DNA of 60,590 nt, filler included, from Circinaria calcarea (lineage: Eukaryota): the NCBI GenBank assembly GCA_051942165.1. It is 4 parts of 4 records of this genome, joined end to end, with 100 filler letters (N's around TTAATTAATTAA, not from the genome) between each part and the next. Parts side by side here need not be neighbours in the genome. Positions count along the whole stretch, not along the records: positions 15,203 to 30,286 come from JAVECS010000388.1; positions 30,387 to 45,444 come from JAVECS010000389.1; 2 more parts are not named here. One strand, given 5' to 3'. A program made the translations under genes and the position numbers. The notes beneath the pieces were generated by a model. The model worked only from the letters and a program-made list of their open reading frames with translations, was not told where the DNA came from and made no database searches. Of the stretch, positions 26,066-36,738 are shown piece by piece (position 1 is the stretch's first letter; each line of letters starts with the position of its first letter).

Positions 26066-27032
26066 ATGGAAATCAATTTCAAGCGTTCTCTAGTTGTGAT
26101 GGGCCAGCTGGCCCAGGATGCCGCTCGAACCCCACCTTCCGAATACGAGCCACCTCTTGAATATGTCGATCGAAGTCTCACGATTCTCGGCCGGACATTC
26201 GACACCTACGACCAGAAAATACGGCAAGAATTTCTTGGTCAACGTGAGTTTATTGCGTCTCAGTTTCGCGAAGTGGAGAAGAAGATGGACGAACGGTTTG
26301 AAGAGGTGGAGAAGAAAATGGATGGACGCTTCAAGGAGGTGAATGAACAGTTCCAGAAGGTCGACCGTCGCTTTGATAACCAAGAGGGCGAGATCCGGGA
26401 TGTTAAAGTTCAACTCGAGAACGCTGCAGCAGTCACCAGAAACGGCCGCCTCCGTAGAATGCATCAGCCTATCAATCTCATCAAAGTCCTCAAGCCTGGT
26501 GGTGACCTCAACAAGTTCGTGTGGACTTCTCACCCTCAAGTGCCCAAACATATGAAAAATATATACACTCTGGGTCAGCGAGCAAAAGGTATATTTGAAC
26601 CTAGCTGGGACGGAAAGCCAAACGAACAAAGTATGTATTGCTTCATTTATATGGAAAATACTTCTTTGCTCTGTACTTAGAATTGCGATTTATCGTCGTA
26701 ACTATGCTAACACTGATTTTATAGAAGCACAGGCCAAGCAGAAAGCCCTATATACGATTAATAAACTGGCCAACTTCTATAACATCATCATCTGGTCTGA
26801 TGAAGAGAGCGAAAGTGACGCCACTGAGGTCCTGCTTCAAGAAATGACCGTTGATGATTATATGGAGGCATTGCTGGCTGAATGGGGTATGGACTGGCAA
26901 AAGATTCTCAAACTTGGGATGCAGCATATGCAGGCTCAGCCACAGCAGGCTGGGGCGAAACGGGCAGGGGATGCGAGCAGTAGAGGAGAGAAGAAGAAGA
27001 CTAGAGGTGGTAGAGAAGAGGAAGCGGATTAA
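26066..27032 (+). CDS. Coiled-coil protein with hendecad repeats and a Mug135/Tdk1-like C-terminal domain (290 aa); join(26066..26630,26725..27032)
   Basis: The frame is intact across a gtatgt...gctaac...atag intron. FREVEKKMDERFEEVEKKMDGRFKEV 11-residue repeats are followed by AVTRNGRL...HPQVP...LANFYNI...LLAEWG. The family call is by resemblance only. Confidence 0.7.
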
Positions 27033-27179
27033 CCAAGGTTGAAGTTTATTAAAGGTAGGAATGGGGATTTGGGAGCTGAAATATGATTCTTGGTTGGTGT
27101 GCATCAATGCTCCATCAGATATACTAACTTCAACGCTTGCCGGCCCCCAGTGGCCCCTTCTTTATTCGCACTCTCCAAT

Positions 27180-27505
27180 ACCAGGCAAGTCACATCGACA
27201 GCCCAGTACACGCCCAATGACGAGGTCTGATACGCCAGGATATCGCTTCCATTCGGATCTTGGTGGCGGCGGCAAGACCTTATCTACCTTCGGGGGCAGC
27301 CGCTACTTCCTAGTCATAATCGACGACGCTTCGCGCTATCGATGGTTCATACCAATGGCTAAGAAGAGTCAAGCCCTCGCAGAGGTCAAGAAATTCGTTC
27401 CAATGGTTCGAAACCAATACGGCTTCGCCATCGCCAAATGGCGGAGCGACGGAGGGGGTGAGTTCGTTGCAATAAAACCCTACTTCGAACAGGAAGGCAT
27501 ACAGC
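27180..27505 (+). mobile_element. Ty1/copia integrase core fragment
   Basis: Reads KSHRQPS...FHSDLGGG...RYFLVIIDDASRYRWF...KKSQA...RSDGGGEF...FEQEGI. It is truncated at both ends. Confidence 0.88.
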
Positions 27506-29442
27506 AATCTATTCCTCTCTGCAATAAAGGTGACTCTTGAGCTGCATGATGAGAGACTGATCACCGAAGCCATCAAGATGTGGTGCTGTATCAGACCACA
27601 ATCAAAGAGGGATGAAAAGACTCAATCACGAGTAAGGGAGATCTGGGATAAGTATTTCAAGTCCCTAGGATTACACCCAAGATGCCCAGGCTGCAGCTGG
27701 GAGGGTGAAGATTTTGTGTATCATATGCATATGTTACATACATCAATGCGCAAGCGATAGATCAACAATACCAACCCTTCCACTTATTTAGTTAGGAGAA
27801 AGGAACTAGACAGACCTATCGGTTAGTATAATGAGCGAATTCTTGACTGTATAGTAGCCAAAGCGGCGTAGGGTCTAAATCCGCTTAGAATAAACAAAGA
27901 CCAGCACGCCAGAGTCCGCCGCAGCGCTCGTGGATAACTGAATGTCAGCAGATCAACTAAGTTTAAACACTTATTATTAGGTATTCTTGGACGAAAGAAG
28001 AGCTTACCTTGTTTGTATCCAGTCACGCACGAGCTTCCTCCCGCTGTACCTCCTATGGCGATCTGGTTCCACACCGACGCACGTCTGGGATCGCCGCTTC
28101 CTAAGTAGCGCTAGTTTTGTGCCCGTTCTTCAGATTAAGTCAACAAGCACTAGATCCTTTGCCAGCGTCCTATCTTCGGGTTAGTGGACTGCTCGAAAGT
28201 TGGCGTTATATTCATTACAGCCCTCAGCGGCAGCAATAACACGAAGAGCGAAATACTTCTTAATCCAGTCGGATTCCTTTAAGTGGGGCGGACCCACTTC
28301 ATTTGACCTGACCTGAGGGAAAGCTGTCTTCTCGACCATTGCGGTTTCCTCGCCCTCTTTCTCCTCCCAAACTAGATTGTCCTCCCCGGACTAGACAGAA
28401 ACTCCGTTACCAAATCCGTACTTTGATGATTGGATTTATCTTCACGGGTTGGATCCATGATTAACTCATGCAAGTAGTGAGCGACTCAAAAGCCTTGGCT
28501 CGTCAGGTAATAGAGGCAAAGAATAAGTGACTAGCATCAATTAGGAGCGTGGGGTTTGAAACCGTCTAAGTCAGCCATCTTATATAGTCATTATCAGTAG
28601 ATAGAGAATTATAAACTGACTGTCGGTGTATACTATTGATGGAGGAATCGCTGTCTTTACCTCCGAGACTCATCAATGTATTAGAGTCCTGAGCACCCAT
28701 ATGTCCTGGAAACCAGCCCTTGTACGATATCGAAGGTCACGCTCGTAATGGGGTTCCATTGAGTGATGCACTCCCGTTATCACGCAAGGAAAGCCCTTGA
28801 TTGGCTACAAGTATTATTGGAGAGTACCCAGCTAACCAAAGGGATTGAAACCCTTCAAACCCCCCAACCCCACCAAATCATCCAAATCTCCAAAACCTAT
28901 CAAAATGCAGTCACCGAAACCAGCGAGTTGCATCGCGCAAATGTCATCGCGCAAATGTGCATTGATCCAGCAGCTACTTTCTTGACTGGTGCACTGACTA
29001 ATCGTGCGGTACATGCCGCCCACTGGCAACGCCTAGCTGCTTCCCGCCTCTGTCTGACCATTTCCATGTGTCCCTTACCCCTTAATATTCAACACCTCGG
29101 GGGTCCGATTACTATCTATCTGCTTCCTCTCCCCTTCATCTTCAACACCATGAAGCTCCGATTGTTGTCCGACAGCTTCCTCCCCCCTCCCTCTACCGTA
29201 CGCTCCGATACCGATGGCCGCACCCGAACTCTTCCAGATCCTCATATTTCAAGCAGATAGTTGCGCTATAAACAGGAAGAGGAGAGGAGGAGAAAACATA
29301 ATCTTGAACTTTGCTGGGCACTAAAGTGTTATATGTTCTTGTCGGCAAGCACCTCTCTTTGCGTTTGGCCTGTTAGGTAAAACACACTTTTCTAGGTTCC
29401 TTAGCTTAATCGCTATCGAAATCAGAGACGACCATAACGGCA

Positions 29443-29793
29443 ATGGCTGTGTTATATAACACGTTGCCGACGCTCGAAGACGCCGAAGAGCGTTTCACGG
29501 ACCGTGAGCAGATATTCGCGGCCTGTAAGAGCCTCCTCGCCCAATATGGGAATATATTTGGTCTCTGCCTTATCCACGCATACTGCAACTTGACCGACGA
29601 GGAGATCATGCTTGGGTCTGGAAACGTCTCGCAGCCGGAAAAGACATCTGAGCTGACCAAGTCCTACTACCCGGAGCGCTGGCTGTCATCTGGAAAAGCC
29701 TACGAGTTCACGACCCGGCGCACGATCACGCCGCCAGCGGCCCTCATCGATGCCTTCGATCAGCGCACGGCTCATATCGGGGTTCTTGGTTGA
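29443..29793 (+). CDS. Conserved fungal hypothetical protein, probably C-terminally truncated
   Basis: YNTLPTL...FGLCLIHA...EIML...YPERWL...YEFT is coding-like and recurs in fungal hypothetical proteins. It stops abruptly after GVLG. Confidence 0.5.
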   Translation: MAVLYNTLPTLEDAEERFTDREQIFAACKSLLAQYGNIFGLCLIHAYCNLTDEEIMLGSGNVSQPEKTSELTKSYYPERWLSSGKAYEFTTRRTITPPAALIDAFDQRTAHIGVLG

Positions 29794-29931
29794 TGGCTGT
29801 GGGCATTCAACATGGTTCTTGCCTTTCGTTTTTCTCAAGGAATTTGTGCGCACTTCCGTAATTGCAATTCATCCTCAATCTATGTCATCTAAGCATGATA
29901 TTTTGATCACGTGCGAGCCTTGAATAAGCCA

Positions 29932-30286
29932 CTAGACCTCAATCCTGTCAACCATAGCATATAACTCATCCACATTTGGTCTCTCCTCAGCCGAGATGCG
30001 GATGCAAGAATCGACAACGATATCAAGAGGAGGGGGAACATCGCATTCTACAAGATTAGTGATAGGAGTATTACCATAAATCATACCCTTGATAACATAG
30101 CCCAGATCATAGATATCTGACTTCTCAGTCCAGCCAGCCTCCAATACGGGGTGGCGGGAGACCTCAGGAGCCAGTCGGTTCCCCCACCGACTCTCGAGAT
30201 CACAGATGAGCAGGCGAGAATTGTCTGAAGAGAAGACGAGGTTATCGATGCGGAGATCGCGATGAACAATACCGAGGGAGTGAAGG
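29932..30286 (-). CDS. Protein kinase C-lobe (5' part cut by contig end)
   Basis: Reads LHSLGIVHRDLRIDNLV...LLICDLE...LAPE...EKSDIYDLG...ERP. Confidence 0.85.
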
Positions 30287-30386
30287 NNNNNNNNNNNNNN
30301 NNNNNNNNNNNNNNNNNNNNNNNNNNNNNNTTAATTAATTAANNNNNNNNNNNNNNNNNNNNNNNNNNNNNNNNNNNNNNNNNNNN
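30287..30386. other. Artificial contig linker
   Basis: N44-TTAATTAATTAA-N44. Confidence 0.98.
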
Positions 30387-30598
30387 GTGGTGGGAGGGGT
30401 TGTTGGTGTGAGGACCGAAGGCCTGTTTGGGAAGCGAGGCGTCAGCGGAGCGTTAGGAACCTATGGCTGGTGGTGAGGAGGGGTGAGGAAAGGAGTGGAA
30501 AAGGAAGAGCAGACACCGAATCCAGTCACGAGGATATGGACTTCTGGGTCCCTGGTGGAGGTTTCCGGGGAGGAGGGATCGGGATCGCGGGAGCCCAT
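30387..30598 (-). CDS. Pyroglutamyl peptidase I (peptidase C15), 5' part
   Basis: HILVTGFG is spliced to AFGPHTNNPS, the C15 N-terminal signature. The gene is cut by the linker. Confidence 0.75.
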
Positions 30599-30843
30599 TG
30601 TTGCTGTCGGCTTTGCGGGGATGGTAGGGATGGAAGGAGAGGACGAGTAAGGAAGGAGGGCAGGGAGAAGGGATACGAGAGGGAGGAGAGAATTAATGTA
30701 CAGTCTACGGGAGAGGACGGGTAGGCGATTACGAATAGTAATAATATTACCATAATTGATTAAACTTAGGCAACGATACTGCAAATATAATTACGACATG
30801 AGGCAATGCTCCCTTGAGAACAATAACATGGGAAAAGCTGGAG

Positions 30844-31320
30844 ATGGAGAAGAGCGCAAGCGCGAGGTACGATAAAGTCGAACGGTGCGACAGACGGGAC
30901 GAGCAGTATAATCGCCTTGCACAGCGGGAATTCCGTACGCTTCTCAAGAACACTCCGCTCGAACACAATTGACGGGGTTATTCAGGCCGCAGACTTGAGC
31001 AAGCAGAGGTATAGAAGAGCTCTGAGCAACCAAAAGAGATCGAACGCTGACGGTGTCAAAACAATGAGCTCAGGAGAGAAATCGAAGCTCTTCGAGCACA
31101 GATCTACACGCTATTATTACCTATTCAGTGTCCGCCTGAACCATTCAATATACCCTCTTCCGACGAACACTCCTCCCTACCCTCTCCTTCAATATCAACT
31201 TCATTATCAGCAACTCTACCAGCTTTTTCGGGTACTCGTTGGTCGATGGCAGCTCCAAAGTCCCCTCGGCCATACTCCATGGTACCTGACCAGAGCAGAC
31301 TCAGCCCTCAATCAGAACTA
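30844..31320 (+). pseudogene. Decayed bZIP transcription factor
   Basis: Reads YNRLAQREFR, then an intron, then RRLEQAEV*KSSEQPKEIER*RCQNNELRREIEALRAQIY. This is a basic region plus zipper with two stops. Confidence 0.65.
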
Positions 31321-31970
31321 GTACCAGCCTGAATGCAGTCTCTTCTCAATTGTTATCTTTTCAGCTTCCCTTCTATGCTGGTGTCCGAAAACTCTGAAGT
31401 CTCGGAGGTGTCTTCCAGCTCTAGAGCCGACGTCCACCGCTGTGCATAAAGAGGGAATCACAGTTAGGTAAGGGTGTTTGACCAGCAATCTCGTGTCACT
31501 AACTTGCCATCTCGCGAGGAAGTATACATAGTGCACTGGCCTAGCCACCTGTTTGCCGTTGATATATTGTGACACCGGGTGCAGCGCCTTGGCTTTGCCT
31601 ACCCTAAGAGACAGTGTCGAGTTAAGTCGTACCAATATATGAAAGGGATCCTCATGGACAGCTTTTTAGAGAGGAAAATAAAGTAGGGAGTAATTAAAGT
31701 GCCCAAGCGGCCAAGCCGTTTTATAAGGGCCTTCCAGAGGACATGCATGTCGAGGCACATAATATAGGGGATCTTTATTTTGGGAACTAACGCGATAAGA
31801 TACAAAGACCCATAGAATGGAATGGTACACATAAAGCAGCAGAATAAAAAGCACTCCGAGGTTACCAACAGATTCGATCTAAAGCGGGTTATCCTTGGTA
31901 AAGGCACTGGCAATGTTTCGTACTGTCCGTCTCTCCCTAAAAGCACATTGATACGAGTCTGCGTTTTTAA

Positions 31971-34900
31971 TTAATACTGTGCAGTCTCGAAAAAATCCTC
32001 TAAAATCTGTTGAGCATTAATATCTCTTCCGTCCTTAATCTTTTGGTCGATGCGGGCAAACTTTTCTAATAAAATGTACTTCTCCGTTGCCATTGCTTTC
32101 AAATGATGCCTGATCACCTTACGCTTATCATCTTGACCGGTATACATTTTCCCCGAATGAGCGAGCCGATCACATGACAGAGTCAACGAGCTCAGTCCGG
32201 CAGCGATGGCAGTGGCAACAGAGCTGCCAGATATGCGGTCGTCAGACTTTAGGAAGGGAACCACGCCCGCCGCCACTTCCTGGCCTCGGATTGTGTAATC
32301 ATAACCTTGCTTTGTTGGTCGAAGCAATTCCCCAAACTCGTCACAAGCGGTAATGGTGATCGTGTCACGGTAAGCTGCTGGCCACGCTTCGTCGATATTT
32401 GAACCCTCGTCATGGGTGCTGCAGAGCAGAATGATGCCAGCGTCTGCTGCCTCCGCGCAAGCGTTCCGTAAGTTATCGGTGTTGTCTAGGATGGCGAAGC
32501 TCATGGAAATAATATCAACGTGTTCAAGAACCGCCCAGCGTATTGCCTTACGTACGAGAAGAGAATGAGGTGTCAGCTAATACCGCGTGGAGACTCTGGT
32601 AGATTATGGACGAAACTTTCTGTAAAAGTTGGAAGAGGGGAGGGACTTAGCTTACCCTTGCAACTCTTTCTGGGGTAATTCCGTGTCTACTTTCTGTGAC
32701 CTTGGCCACGTAGAGCTCGCACCAGGGATCGATAGCGCATATCAAATTGGCCATCTGAGTTCCATGGGGGTCGGACGCAAACAGCCAGGGGCTCACTCGA
32801 GAATTGTCGTCCACGAAAGATCGACCCCCCTTTATGCGAGACCATAAGGTCTTGTAATTCTTAGCATCTTTTGAGTTAGGCAATTTACCATCATTCTTGG
32901 AGGCATCTGATCCTTGTTGTTGCTGTTTCATGCGCTCGCTCTCGAAAACACTGATGCCTTGTGGGCCGTCTGAGTGATGGTGAGCACTTAGAAGATCCAA
33001 AGGACCATTGGCCCTCGGCGAAATCGTAAGGATGCCATTGTCGATGATAGCCACCTTTATCGGAAGGAATATCCCCAGTTTTTGCTGCACATAATCGTGA
33101 TAGCTTTTAATAAAACGAGACAATTTCGGGACTGCTCTTTCAGCTCTAATAGGAATCGGAATATTAGCAATTAACCTCTATCTTATTATTGTTCTGAACG
33201 CAACTGCAGTCCACTTACATCTCTTCCAAGTCTGCTACTCTCTCATGTGTTGGATTCCATAGTTGGGGGTTTACGTTCACTTTGAGCTCTTCGCGATTTT
33301 CGCATTTTCTTCCCTTATTTATTTCCTCACTTAATCTGTTGAACTTTTCGCGGATAAAGTCCACAGTTTTATGGCAAGTTTTTTTCGTCATTAATTCCTT
33401 AAACATCTTGGTTAGCAGTTTACGTGCATATGTAGAGGCGATACAGTCCGAACCTGTATGACGTATATCTCGAGGGTTGTAAGCTAGTCGAAGAACTTGA
33501 TCAGTACCACCATATTAACCAAGGCCCAGTATGCCGAAGCTTGCGCATTAGTGGGACATACATTTCGAAGCAAAGACACCCCTTCCTTGCTCAGCCAATG
33601 GCTAATTACTGCCCGTTTACCACTCGAGTATAAGTGGAGCTCTCTGATCCTGTCCCAGGTCTTTGGATCTTCAAAGATTGAAATAGACATGTCCAAGAAT
33701 CTCCAATTAAGAACCTCGACTTCAAAGTTCCTAACATATCTACCTATCTCGACCTCATTATGTGGGTTCACCATTCTGTCTGGAACTGTCAGCTCGATTA
33801 TCTCATTGACCTTTTTTCCTTTCAGCCAGTCTAGAACTTCGAAAACCTCAGTGTGTTCGGCGCGAACGCTATCGCCGAATGTTTCCTTCGTATCGGCTTT
33901 TAAATCCAAAGCAGGGAACTCGGCATATCTTATTGTGTGCTCATAAGACAGCAGATCCGCATGGTCTTGGTGGGCGATAAGAGAGCGAACGAAATCAGAC
34001 ACCGGGTACAGCTTCGAGTTGAACCGGGAAAGATCGAAGCATAATTCATTAACTGAATATATAATAAGATTCTCGCATTTATTTAGGGTTTGTATTATCT
34101 GCTCACCAACTTCTACACGGAAATAATTAGCTATTAAGTGCCAGAAGTGGGCAGTTATTATTTAGGGGGATGAAAATAGATAGAATGCACGTACGACCAG
34201 AATCTTGAAATATCTGCAACAAATCTTGCATTTTATCGATCTTTTTGCTCTTGATAGTCGCGGTAACTATCATATCACGTATTTTATCCTTCTCGCGCCA
34301 TTCCTTCGTTTTCCGATCGCTGATTTTCGACTCTATCAAAATCTTGTTATTGTGCCATAGGGGGTAATTATCGTTCTTTTTTTCAGTAATTGAGTCCGGA
34401 TAATCGCGCAAGAACATCTCTACAAAGTCAATATTCTGATGTTGGACTGCGAGGTGGAGAAGTCCTGAGGTATTCAACTTAATATCTGGACTCTTTTTTG
34501 CCCAGACGTCTTTCAAATTGAGCTCAACAATTCTTTTGACAACCTGATCATTAATCACATCATTTGTCGTAGCCTGACTGATCAAGGTGTTGATAACGTC
34601 CACTCGTTGCTGGCGCGTTTTGGAGTTGGGTGCTGCGTTGCTAAGAGGGTCCATAGCTTGAATAATGTGCTTACTTGTGATGAAAACCTTCCTTAGCTTC
34701 TCGGGTTGCAGGAATGCATTCACAACGTCTGCCCGCCCTTCCTTCAGCGCGTCTTCGAAAGTTCCATCCGAAGGATCCGCGATGCCAGTGTCGAAATTCA
34801 AAAGTGCTTTCAAGGCCCCCAGGTCTCCTTCTTCAGCGTTCGCAGCGAGCCAAAGAGCGGTCTTTTTAGATTGGGGATCCGGGTTTGGCAACCGCAGAAC

Positions 34901-35608
34901 CCGAAGAAGCGACTCGCGCTGTAGTGGTTTGCCAGACTCATCCGCCGCCAGGTGTGCTCCAAGATAGATCATATGCTTGACTGCCTTGCCGTTGCCATTT
35001 CCGGCCGCTTCATGGAATGGTGTTGTTTTCATGACGGCCTTATGTTGTCTATGAATTTTCGGGTATTTGCATCTGCTTGTGATCTTATCTTTCTTCCAAG
35101 CCAGCGCTGACTCGCAATGTCTGTAGGGATTGTCGAATGCCAGGTGAGATGCAATCTCAATAATGATCCGAGTGATCAGAATATTCGCGTTTCTCTCTGA
35201 ATCGATGCCTTCTTTCGCTGCCTCCTTTGCTACTGCTTCCTCCCCCTTCTCTTCCGCATTTCCCAGCGAAGTGTCCTCTACGGCCTTGAAGAGGATCACC
35301 CAGCGTATGCAGTCGTCTATTTCGTTTTGTTTTTTCTCATCTTTCAAGAAGTCTTTGATCCCCGAAATAGTTTTCGTACGCCGTTCCTGTTCTCCTCCAA
35401 TAGCAGTTTCCAAGGCTCCCCTGATTGGTTTGTAGAGATCCGAGACTACATCATCATACAATTCTTTTTTAAAACTATTCTTTTCCCGACATTTCTTCCA
35501 ATTGTCTTTGACGACTTGAACTACTGAAATATCGACACTATCCGACTTAAGCTGTGGCCTCAGCTCTACTGGCCATCCTGGCTTATTTCCGGTCGTTGGC
35601 GAATACAT
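31971..35608 (-). CDS. Ankyrin-repeat + S8 subtilisin-like serine protease (HET-Q2-like layout), ~1061 aa, no signal peptide; exons 35608-34195, 34112-34107, 34052-33562, 33483-33454, 33397-33219, 33145-32656, 32546-31971
   Basis: Ankyrin motifs are TPFHEAAGNG, TALWLAA and LLHLAVQHQN. The central region reads VLDWLK..VNEIIELTVPD...PH...VEVLNW...ELHLYSSG. The triad VAIIDNG / PHGTQMANLI / SGSSVATAIAAG is intact. The exons sum to 3186 nt with no stops. Confidence 0.88.
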
Positions 35609-36738
35609 GATGCTCTGCGGTCCTAACGGTGGAACGAATATTCCGGAGAACTGACTCTGAGCGACTTGAACTATTGCCTCAGGTCGACTGGCCCGTCTAG
35701 GCGGACTCCGTTCGTCGGTGAAGATACTGGAACACTCGAAACAGTGGATGCCTAAAAGTGATATATTGCTAAGACCCGAAGAATCAGGGATTACACCGTG
35801 GTTGGGATCTCAGCAAACTGTTTTCTGAGAGGTGAAGCGTTTGCATTACAAAAACCCAACGTGGGCGAGAAAACCGGTTTGAGCCTCGGGCAGGCCATAG
35901 GCTAGGTCTCTAGTAATAAAACCTTTACAAAAACCGCCAATAGGGATATTCCTCCGCTCCCCCAGTTTTTGCCCTCTCCAAAATAGTCAAACGGCCCCCA
36001 CTTTGGGATCAGCAAGTAGGAGTTGAAAGCGAATAGGGGCGCAATTGAGATGTGGAGGGTATATCACCACAACTGGTTTCAAATCCCAATAGCGCTACTC
36101 TTTGATGGTCTGGTGGTTCCAGCCTCTTACGTTCTAGGCTTACTATTTAATACGTATCAATTTATTTATTATAATTTTATCTAACTTTAATTATTTAACT
36201 TAATACCGAGACGCCAAAGTCGATGTGATTGCATAACTGATTAGCCATTAGAATCTCGTCCATGCTTTGATGACAGGCGGAGAGCTCGCTGGTTTACTCA
36301 ACTTGCTGAAAGTCCTGAGTCCGGTATCGAATTTCGTGGCGTCTGCGTGTGCAATTCCGAGGAGCAAAGTTGCTCAGCTTTCAGCTCCCGACGTGCATGG
36401 TGGCTGAAGTGCGCGATTTGAAATCAATCGAGATCCACATCGACAACCTCGCGCCTTCTTACCCATATTATGGATAGTAACCTGTATTCCGCAAAGCTAC
36501 GTATTACATTTCCATGCGGCATTTTTCCAGTTCATTATTAGCATTTCGAGTGATATTATTCCAAATCTGCAGCCCCCAAATGCCTTGCACTTCCGTCCCT
36601 TCCTTAACTGCTATCGATCTGCCACACTCAGCGGCCCTTTAACCTTAGCGGGGTAATAATTAGCGAAGTAACCCTCCCTAAGCTAGCGAGTGAAAAAGGG
36701 GGAATGGCCGAGTCAGCACATAACACCACACCAACCTC

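Noticed and set aside
27530..28400. Short ORF and a stop-interrupted minus-strand frame after the integrase fragment
   Set aside because: No family could be recognised, and the frames are too fragmentary to call.
10347..30598. Functional pairing of glutaminyl cyclase (makes pyroglutamate) with pyroglutamyl peptidase (removes it)
   Set aside because: They lie on different contigs separated by artificial linkers, so the proximity is coincidental.
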